Part shown: positions 1 through 6,371 of the stretch, piece after piece | Layout: the number at the start of each line of letters is the position of its first letter | Position numbering within the stretch: position 1 is the stretch's first letter | Assembly (NCBI GenBank): GCA_037441285.1 | Contig: JBBISL010000031.1 | Coordinates: 1-11,835, forward strand | Direction of reading: 5' to 3' | DNA from: a candidate division WOR-3 bacterium | Lineage (GTDB): Bacteria; Hydrothermota; Tepidihabitantia; Tepidihabitantales; Tepidihabitantaceae | DNA length: 11,835 bases | Notes under the pieces: model-generated | The model's database searches: none | Told to the model about the DNA's origin: nothing | Seen by the model: only the letters and a program-made list of their open reading frames with translations | Translations under genes and position numbers: made by a program

Positions 1-1
1 A

Positions 2-595
2 ATAGTGGATATAAATGACCCGGCGATTTCGGTGCCGTCCAAGCCGGTGGGACCATTTTACACCCGGGAGGAGGCGGTACGACTGCAGCGGGAACTGGGC
101 TGGGTGTTAAAGGAGGATGCCGGTCGTGGCTTCCGGCGCTTTGTCCCGTCGCCGATACCTCAGGCGATTGTTGAGATTGAGGAGATAAAACGACTGGTTG
201 AGGCGGGCACAGTGGTCGTTGCCTGTGGTGGTGGGGGAATACCGGTGGTTGAAGAAAACGGTAAATTGAAGGGCGTGGCAGCGGTGATTGACAAAGACCT
301 GGCATCGGCACTTCTTGGTAATCTGGTTGGCGCAGAACGGCTGATAATCTCCACCGCGGTGGAACAGGTATATCTCCATTATGGGCTACCTGATGCCCAG
401 CCATTGACAAGGGTAACAGCCGCGGAAATGGAAAGCTATTTAGGGGCCGGGCATTTTCCCGAGGGCAGTATGGGACCAAAGGTGAGCGCCGGACTTAAGT
501 TTCTGGAGCGGGGAGGGGAAGCGGTTTTTATTACCGACCCGGAGCATATTCTCGCAGCGGTCGCGGGAAAAGCCGGGACAACGATTGTGCCGTAA
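2..595 (+). CDS. arcC: Carbamate kinase, C-terminal part (reading frame open off the left edge)
   Basis: Motifs KPVGPFY, EDAGRGFRRFVPSP, CGGGGIPV, AVIDKD, GSMGPKV and C-terminal AGTTI match the carbamate kinase family. No stop upstream of GTG at 5 within the window, so the true start lies outside. Confidence 0.95.
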   Translation: MVDINDPAISVPSKPVGPFYTREEAVRLQRELGWVLKEDAGRGFRRFVPSPIPQAIVEIEEIKRLVEAGTVVVACGGGGIPVVEENGKLKGVAAVIDKDLASALLGNLVGAERLIISTAVEQVYLHYGLPDAQPLTRVTAAEMESYLGAGHFPEGSMGPKVSAGLKFLERGGEAVFITDPEHILAAVAGKAGTTIVP

Positions 596-596
596 G

Positions 597-1832
597 ATGA
601 GCGGTCTTAATGTACTGGTTTACCTTTTGTTTTCCCAGACGATGATGCTTATCCCGATGGATTTGACCCAGAGTGACCATCTGAAAGCGTATGGTGTTGC
701 CTATCGTTTGCTGACAAGGGGCGTGCGGGTGGAGTGGCTTTTGAACTATCGGGGCGGGTCCTTTTTATTTCCGGAAGATGGACAGGCAATAAAGGAGTGC
801 CGTTGGAACGGGGTTGTCTTTGAAGAGGTGACGCCTGCTGAACTGGTGACGATTCGTTCAACAATCGAGGCGAACAATATGGCTTCGGTTGTTCTGGAGC
901 GGCCGACCAAGATTGCAATTTATGCACCGCCGACCGCAGACCCGTGGGACGATGCGGTACGGCTGGCACTGGACTACGCCGGGATTCCTTACGATGTGGT
1001 ATGGGATAAAGAGGTGCTTGCCGGGAAACTTTCCCAGTATGACTGGCTACACCTACATCACGAGGATTTTACCGGTCAGTTTGGTAAGTTTTACGCCTCG
1101 TACCGACAGGAGAAGTGGTATCAGGAGGAGGTGGCACTTAACCTGAAGACCGCCCGGGAGTTAGGGTATAAGAAGGTAAGCCAGTTGAAACTGGCGGTTG
1201 TTGAGGCGATTAGAAAGTATGTCGCCGAAGGCGGCATGCTGTTTGCGATGTGTTCGGCAACCGACACCCCGGATATTGCCTGGGCGGCACGAAACACCGA
1301 TATCTGCGATGCGGTGTTTGATGGTGACCCGCCCGAGCCCGGCTGCAATCAGAAACTGAATTATGAAGGGTGTTTTGCGTTTGAGAATTTTAAGGTTATC
1401 ACCGACCCCTGGGTTTATGAACATTCCGATATCGACACCTATCAGGAGGCAACGGCGCGGGGTCCAGAGGTTTACTTTACCCTTTTTGACTTTTCCGCCA
1501 AGTACGACCCGGTGCCGACGATGCTGGTGCAGGACCATGTTGGGCTGGTCAAGGAGTTTTTAGGGCAGAATTGTGGGTTCCGGCGCACCTTGCTGAAGAA
1601 AAATGTGGTAATTATGGGTGAGGTGACAAACACCGAAGAGGCGAAGTACATTCACGGACAGTTTGGAAAGGGGACCTTTACCTTTCTCGGCGGACACGAC
1701 CCGGAGGATTATGCGCAACGCATTGGTGACCCTCCGACCGACCTCTCTTTGCACAAAAATTCACCCGGGTATCGGTTGATTCTCAACAATGTACTTTTCC
1801 CGGCAGCAGAGAAGAAGCCGCTCAAAACATAG
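597..1832 (+). CDS. Conserved protein of unknown function with a class I glutamine-amidotransferase-like (GATase1/BPL_N-like) domain; family often annotated 'asparagine synthetase B' in Bacteroidetes/FCB genomes
   Basis: LIPMD...HLKAYG...WLLNYRGGSF, DWLHLHHEDFTGQ, GGMLFAMCSATDT (Cys nucleophile-elbow-like), GGHDPED and C-terminal SPGYRLILNNVLFPAA were recognised from memory of the family. ATG at 597 lies 1 nt after the arcC stop; an alternative TTG start is at 585. Confidence 0.8.
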   Translation: MSGLNVLVYLLFSQTMMLIPMDLTQSDHLKAYGVAYRLLTRGVRVEWLLNYRGGSFLFPEDGQAIKECRWNGVVFEEVTPAELVTIRSTIEANNMASVVLERPTKIAIYAPPTADPWDDAVRLALDYAGIPYDVVWDKEVLAGKLSQYDWLHLHHEDFTGQFGKFYASYRQEKWYQEEVALNLKTARELGYKKVSQLKLAVVEAIRKYVAEGGMLFAMCSATDTPDIAWAARNTDICDAVFDGDPPEPGCNQKLNYEGCFAFENFKVITDPWVYEHSDIDTYQEATARGPEVYFTLFDFSAKYDPVPTMLVQDHVGLVKEFLGQNCGFRRTLLKKNVVIMGEVTNTEEAKYIHGQFGKGTFTFLGGHDPEDYAQRIGDPPTDLSLHKNSPGYRLILNNVLFPAAEKKPLKT

Positions 1833-1835
1833 GCC

Positions 1836-2681
1836 ATGAATTCGATACCGGACTGTTTTGATTGCGGCTTGAGACAGTGCGAACGGATTGTCCGTTTGTG
1901 CGGGGGAAATGATGAGATGGTTCAGAGGTTAAAGGAGCGGCTTGAGAAATTGAGAGGTCAGCTTGACTTAAGACAACCGCCCAGCACCTACACATCCAAG
2001 ATGCTGATTGCGGCGATGGAGTTTTTAGGAGAACCGGACCCGTTTCGGCAGATGCGGCAGGAGCAGAATGAGAAGAGCCGGGAATGGGCAAAGCGATGTG
2101 ATGCCGAACTGGAACGAAAAGAAGAGCCGTTGCAGGTGGCACTGGTGTGCGCGGCGGCGGGTAATGTGATTGATGTTGGACCAAGACACCGGTTTGACTT
2201 TGCGGCGACTCTGGCACGGGCGCGTTTGGCGCACGATGATACCGGTCGGCTGCAGGAAAAGTTGAAGAAGGCGCAGCGACTGGTTTACATCCTTGACAAC
2301 GCCGGGGAGGCGCTGTTTGACCAACTGGTACTCAAGCGGCTGGCGGTGCCGGCGGTGACGATTGTTGCCCGTTCCACGCCGATTCTTAACGATGTGACCG
2401 TTGATGAGGCGCGGCAGTTGGGTTTTGAACAGCTGGGTCGGGTAATTGGTACCGGTTCGCCTTTTCTCGGGGTTGACCTCAATACTGTCTCGGATGAGTT
2501 TCGTGCGGTTTACTACAATGCCGATGTGGTGATTGCCAAGGGGCATGCGAACTTTGAGTCCCTGGTTGACGATGGCCGGGATGGGTTTTACCTGTTAACG
2601 GCAAAGTGTGAACTGGTAGCAGGTCGGCTGGGCGTGAATCTGGGCGATTCGGTTCTCTACTATTCAAAGGGAAGGGGTTGA
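1836..2681 (+). CDS. DUF89 / ARMT1-like damage-control metal-dependent phosphatase
   Basis: N-terminal PDCFDC, DPF, AGNVID, LDNAGE, PILND, IAKGHANFESL and KC motifs typical of the DUF89 PH1575/AF1104-like subfamily. Confidence 0.9.
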   Translation: MNSIPDCFDCGLRQCERIVRLCGGNDEMVQRLKERLEKLRGQLDLRQPPSTYTSKMLIAAMEFLGEPDPFRQMRQEQNEKSREWAKRCDAELERKEEPLQVALVCAAAGNVIDVGPRHRFDFAATLARARLAHDDTGRLQEKLKKAQRLVYILDNAGEALFDQLVLKRLAVPAVTIVARSTPILNDVTVDEARQLGFEQLGRVIGTGSPFLGVDLNTVSDEFRAVYYNADVVIAKGHANFESLVDDGRDGFYLLTAKCELVAGRLGVNLGDSVLYYSKGRG

Positions 2682-2682
2682 T

Positions 2683-2934
2683 ATGTGTCTGGCGATACCA
2701 ACGAAGATTGTGGCAATTGAGGGCGAAAGAGCGATTGGTGAAGTCGGGGGGGTCGAGCGGGAGATTTCAATTGTGATGACGCCCGGGGTGAAGGTGGGCG
2801 ATTATGTGATTGTTCACGCCGGGTTTGCGATTCAGGTTCTGGACAAAACCGCAGCGGCGGAAACACGGGCGATTTTTGAAAAGATGGCGCAACGGGTGAG
2901 CGAGCAGCGGCGTCAGGCGCGGCAACGGCGCTAA
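2683..2934 (+). CDS. hypC: HypC/HybG/HupF family [NiFe]-hydrogenase maturation chaperone
   Basis: N-terminal MCLAIP and VGDYVIVHAGFAI signature. Purine-rich GGAAGGGG SD-like tract just upstream; starts 1 nt after the DUF89 stop. Confidence 0.96.
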   Translation: MCLAIPTKIVAIEGERAIGEVGGVEREISIVMTPGVKVGDYVIVHAGFAIQVLDKTAAAETRAIFEKMAQRVSEQRRQARQRR

Positions 2935-3431
2935 CAGACCGGTTCAATCAAGGGTTCACTACCTTCGGTTTGTGCCTGGGCACTCTGGGTAATCAATCGG
3001 GCGGCATCTGCGGCGGTGGGTGCGGAAAGCGCCAGTTTGCGTACCGGTTCGAGGTGGAGAGCCCGGGCCAGGGTGGCAAGAATCTGAAGGTACACCGAGT
3101 ACATCGAAGGCGGTGAAATGAGCGCGACGACGAGGTTGACCGGTTCGTTGTCGCGGGCGTGCCAGTCAATGGGTGTGCTGAGGCGTACAACAACGACAAC
3201 AATTCGGTCGAGCGAAGGCGGTGCGGAGTGGGGTAGCGCAACCCCATGGCCAACACCGGTTGAGCACAGTTCTTCTCTTTTTCGGAATCCTTCTATTACC
3301 TCCGCGTGGTCTTGGGTGATGCCGGCTTCGAGCAGGCGGTCGGCAACAAGGTCGAACAGTTGCTCTTGCGAACCAACCGGGGGGGCATCAAACGCCAGTT
3401 CGGGCAGGACAAAATCGGCAAGGTTCATCAT
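2931..3431 (-). CDS. Stand-alone PTS enzyme IIA (fructose/mannitol/Ntr-type, PtsN-like)
   Basis: RKREELCSTGVGHGVALPH contains the phospho-acceptor His; followed by PIDW..D.EPV and LQILATLAR. ATGA overlap with the degT-like stop at 3428-3431. Confidence 0.9.
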   Translation of the reverse strand: MMNLADFVLPELAFDAPPVGSQEQLFDLVADRLLEAGITQDHAEVIEGFRKREELCSTGVGHGVALPHSAPPSLDRIVVVVVRLSTPIDWHARDNEPVNLVVALISPPSMYSVYLQILATLARALHLEPVRKLALSAPTAADAARLITQSAQAQTEGSEPLIEPVC

Positions 3432-4480
3432 AAGCGCGCAAAGAATTCTATTATCTTATTGATAATGACATCCTGGTCGGCATCTGTCAAGTTATGTCGG
3501 ATGGGCAGGCAGACGATTTCGGTGCTTGCCTTTTCTGCGACCGGAAACGACTGGTTGCGAAATAATGCGGCAAACCCGGCTTGAAGGTGAATTGGTTCGG
3601 GGTAGTAAACCATTGTTTCGATACCGGCTTCGAGCAGAAAGTTGCGGAGGCGGTCGCGGTCGGGGGTAAGCAAAGCAAACTGGTGATAGTTGGCAATGCT
3701 GTCTGGGGCGGATTGGACGATGCGAACATATTGATTGAGCGCAGTGGTGTAGCGGTGGGCAAGTTGCCGGCGTCGGGCAAGCCACTTTTCGAGATGGTTA
3801 AGTTTTAAAAGCAGAAATGCCGCCTGCAGTTCGTCAAGCCGGGCTGAGGTGGGACAGGAAATCGGCAGGGAGACACTGGCGATGGCGCCACCGTTGCCGA
3901 GCGCGCCGAGGTTTTTGGTCGGATAAAAACTGAAGGTGGCGACGGTGCCAAAGGAGCCCAGTTTTCTATTTTGGTAGGTTGAACCGAGCGCCTGAGCGGC
4001 GTCTTCGATTAGAAAGAGGTTGTGTTGCGGGCAGATGGTGGTAAATCGGTCAAGGGCGCTGCAGTTACCGAAAAGGTGTACCAGGATAATCGCTTTGGTC
4101 CGAAAGGAGATTTTTTCTTCAACTGCCGAAGGGGAAAGACAGAGGGTTTCGGGTTCGATGTCGGCAAGGACGGGCACGGCACCAATCCGCAAAATCGCCT
4201 CAACCGTAGCCGGAAAGGTGAACGGGGTGGTAATGACTTCGTCGCCCGGACCGATGCCCAGCGCCTTCATGCCGTAAAACAGAGCATCGGTGCCGCTTTT
4301 GACGCCGATAACTTGCGGTACCCCGAGGTAAAGGGCGAGGGCCTGTTCGAACTTTTTGAGTTCATCGCCCAGAACAAATCTGCCCGACTCGACGATGCGG
4401 CTGAGCGCTTTTTCAAACTCGGGCTTGAACTCAATGTTTTCTGACCTCAGGTCATAGAACGGGATACGGCAGGAGTTCAT
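3428..4480 (-). CDS. DegT/DnrJ/EryC1/StrS family PLP-dependent sugar aminotransferase with an internal deletion
   Basis: IPFYDL, SGTDAL, GPGDEVITTPFTF, VHLFG, EDAAQA, FSFYPTKNLGA (PLP Lys), RLDELQAA, YYPEPIH and CLPI motifs. ATG at 4480 preferred over TTG at 4516 because family homology begins at RIPFYDL. Confidence 0.9.
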   Translation of the reverse strand: MNSCRIPFYDLRSENIEFKPEFEKALSRIVESGRFVLGDELKKFEQALALYLGVPQVIGVKSGTDALFYGMKALGIGPGDEVITTPFTFPATVEAILRIGAVPVLADIEPETLCLSPSAVEEKISFRTKAIILVHLFGNCSALDRFTTICPQHNLFLIEDAAQALGSTYQNRKLGSFGTVATFSFYPTKNLGALGNGGAIASVSLPISCPTSARLDELQAAFLLLKLNHLEKWLARRRQLAHRYTTALNQYVRIVQSAPDSIANYHQFALLTPDRDRLRNFLLEAGIETMVYYPEPIHLQAGFAALFRNQSFPVAEKASTEIVCLPIRHNLTDADQDVIINKIIEFFARL

Positions 4481-4488
4481 CTTAAAAA

Positions 4489-4516
4489 ATGTTAACCTGG
4501 AAAAAATCCGAGGCAA
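4489..4516 (-). promoter_or_regulatory. Putative internal sigma70-type promoter for the degT-like gene
   Basis: On the - strand: TTGCCT (4516-4511), 16 nt, TAACAT (4494-4489), ending 8 nt upstream of ATG 4480. No SD sequence. Confidence 0.4.
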
Positions 4517-4540
4517 ATCGGGGAAAACGGTGCAGCGGCT

Positions 4541-4852
4541 TTATGTTTTATTTTCCGGGTTCTCGGCCGGCTTTTGCGTTGCCTGAAGGTAGGCAAGGCG
4601 CAGTTGATACAAAAGGTCGTTGAGCAGTTCGGTTTCTTCGGGCGTGCGGTTGCCTTCGGTTTTGGTTTTGAGTATTTCAAGGGTGTCAATGGTGTGACGG
4701 GCTAACGATAAGTTGACTTCGGTTTTGGTCGTCTCGTTAGTCAAGGGGCGGCCCAGATAGTGCAGGGCGGTGGCGGCAATACTCAAAATCAGGGATGAGA
4801 GCGTTGCTGGAATTTCTTCCAGGGGTTGATTTTTGGGATTTTCGTCACTCAT
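4541..4852 (-). CDS. DUF1844 domain protein
   Basis: LILSIAATALHYLG...NLSLARHTIDTLEILKTKTEGNRTPEE..LL..LLYQLRLAY is the DUF1844 pattern. ATG at 4852 (MSDENPK) overlaps the alr 3' end by 8 nt; the longer ORF from 4957 lies inside alr. Confidence 0.9.
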   Translation of the reverse strand: MSDENPKNQPLEEIPATLSSLILSIAATALHYLGRPLTNETTKTEVNLSLARHTIDTLEILKTKTEGNRTPEETELLNDLLYQLRLAYLQATQKPAENPENKT

Positions 4853-6017
4853 TGTGGAGCAGGGTTTTGATATGGGTGATTTTGCCGTTGCTGAGATAAA
4901 TCCGGGGTACGCGCGGGCTGACCCGACAGATGATTTCATAGGGGATGGTGCCGGCAAGTAGCGCCAGTTCGTTGGCGCAGATTTTTTTGCCGTCCGCCGC
5001 CCCGAGGAGGGTTACCGTGTCACCCAGTTTTGCCTCGGGGATGTCGGTGACATCAAGCATCGTCAGGTCCATTGACACATTGCCGACAACCGGCGCCTTT
5101 TTGCCGTGCACCAGGCAGTAACCTTTGTTGGTTAAAGAGTGGGGATAGCCATCACCATAGCCGACGGAAATGACGGCGATACGAGAGGGTCGGGTGGTGA
5201 AGTAGGTGCGCTCGTAACTGACCGATGTGCCGGCGGGGAAGTGGCGCAGGTTGACGATGCGGGAGCGCAAGGTCATTACCGGCTTCAGGTCAAGGGGTGC
5301 CCGGCGGTGGCCAAAATGGTAACTCAGGGGCATTATGCCGTAGAGCACGAGTCCGGGACGGACCATATCAAGGTGGGCTTCCGGAATGTTAAGGCAGCCG
5401 GCCGAGTTTGCGGCATGACGCAGAAACCCGGTGATACCATTTTCGGCAAGTTGCTCGAGGAGACGATTGTAAGATTTAACCTGGTATTGGGTGAAAAAGA
5501 TGTCGGTGTCGGCAGCAGGAAAATGGGTGAAGACGCCGGTCAGTTTGACGCCGGGTAACCGGGCGACTTTGATGATAAAGTCAAGTGCCTCGTCGATGCT
5601 AACCCCGGTTCGGCCCATACCGGTGTCTACTTCAATGTGCACCGGGATAACGGTGTTATGGGCAATTGCCTGCTCGGATAGAGCCCGGGCAAATGATAAC
5701 TCGGTTACGGTTGGGGTCAGGCGGTGCTCAATGAGTTCGGGAATACCTTCTTTCGGAACCGGGGATAGGACGAGGATGGGAGTTTCTTTTACGCCGGCGA
5801 GTCGGCAGGAAACCCCTTCTTCGATGCTGGCAACACCGTAGGCATCAACGAGGTGGTAACTGGCTCGGGCAATTTCGCGCAAGCCATGACCATAGGCGTC
5901 GGCTTTAATGGCAAAGAGCAACTGGCGGTTGCCAATCTGCTGCCGTACTTCGAGGATGTTGTGTTTTAAGGCGTCAAGGTCAATCTCTGCCCAGACTCTG
6001 CCGAAGTGATTATCCAT
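4845..6017 (-). CDS. alr: Alanine racemase
   Basis: WAEIDLDAL, AIKADAYGHG (PLP Lys), DTGMGR, THF, HAANSA, DMVRPGLVLYG, VSY (catalytic Tyr), GYGDGY, SMD and TIPYEI...RVPR motifs. Confidence 0.96.
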   Translation of the reverse strand: MDNHFGRVWAEIDLDALKHNILEVRQQIGNRQLLFAIKADAYGHGLREIARASYHLVDAYGVASIEEGVSCRLAGVKETPILVLSPVPKEGIPELIEHRLTPTVTELSFARALSEQAIAHNTVIPVHIEVDTGMGRTGVSIDEALDFIIKVARLPGVKLTGVFTHFPAADTDIFFTQYQVKSYNRLLEQLAENGITGFLRHAANSAGCLNIPEAHLDMVRPGLVLYGIMPLSYHFGHRRAPLDLKPVMTLRSRIVNLRHFPAGTSVSYERTYFTTRPSRIAVISVGYGDGYPHSLTNKGYCLVHGKKAPVVGNVSMDLTMLDVTDIPEAKLGDTVTLLGAADGKKICANELALLAGTIPYEIICRVSPRVPRIYLSNGKITHIKTLLHNE

Positions 6018-6027
6018 CGGTAAAGAT

Positions 6028-6055
6028 ATATTAAAGAAAAATGTTGTAAGGTCAA
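6028..6055 (-). promoter_or_regulatory. Putative sigma70-type promoter for alr
   Basis: On the - strand: TTGACC (6055-6050), 16 nt, TAATAT (6033-6028), ending 10 nt upstream of ATG 6017. No SD sequence. Confidence 0.5.
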
Positions 6056-6087
6056 GGATGCAGGAGGAACAACAGACGAAACCGGAG

Positions 6088-6107
6088 ATTGTACTTTAAA
6101 GTATAAT
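6088..6107. promoter_or_regulatory. 20-bp near-perfect palindrome, possible transcription-factor operator
   Basis: ATTGTACTTTAAAGTATAAT has 9 of 10 symmetric pairs, with a perfect 12-bp core TACTTTAAAGTA (6092-6103). It sits between the divergent alr and adk promoters. Confidence 0.4.
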
Positions 6108-6128
6108 GCCCATTGGGCGGGCGTTTTT
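6105..6128 (+). terminator. Intrinsic-terminator-like hairpin
   Basis: AATGCCC / 7-nt loop / GGGCGTT, running into a T5 tract (6124-6128). Confidence 0.3.
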
Positions 6129-6172
6129 GTCTAACACCTTAATATTACAAGAGTTAAACCGTTGAAACCTAA

Positions 6173-6229
6173 TTTTCCATACCCAACCCCGGGGTAGTTT
6201 CGGGGATGGTGTGGGAAACTGCGTTTTTT
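6173..6229 (+). other. Long G-U-containing RNA hairpin followed by a T tract (possible sRNA, leader element or terminator)
   Basis: TTTTCCATACC (6173-6183) pairs with GGTGTGGGAAA (6208-6218). CCCCGGGG (6187-6194) pairs with TTTCGGGG (6198-6205). T6 at 6224-6229. Confidence 0.4.
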
Positions 6230-6316
6230 GCGGTCCGGGTGGCACCTTTTTGAGCGGTTTCCGATTTATATTGTCAGTTAGTGGTCGGTTGGGAAGTAGT
6301 TTCGGTGTGGGTGTTC

Positions 6317-6345
6317 TTGACTAATAACGATAAGGATACTACACT
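6317..6345 (+). promoter_or_regulatory. sigma70-type promoter for the adk operon
   Basis: TTGACT (6317-6322), 17 nt, TACACT (6340-6345). GGAG SD at 6358-6361 before ATG 6372. Confidence 0.7.
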
Positions 6346-6371
6346 ATACAAAATTACGGAGTTGTAAGATT

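Noticed and set aside
597..1832. Calling this gene asnB
   Set aside because: Lacks the N-terminal Ntn Cys and the SGGLDS ATP-pyrophosphatase motif of true asparagine synthetase B.
6058..6099. 13-codon ORF MQEEQQTKPEIVL* upstream of the terminator-like hairpin, containing AGGAGG at 6062-6067
   Set aside because: No well-spaced SD or promoter for it, no regulatory codon run, and no start codon at a suitable distance after AGGAGG. Too short to support as a leader peptide.
6010..6371. Possible replication origin in the AT-rich alr-adk intergenic region
   Set aside because: No cluster of DnaA boxes (only TTATCCATC at 6010-6018, overlapping the alr start), no dnaA/dnaN nearby, and no skew inversion evident.
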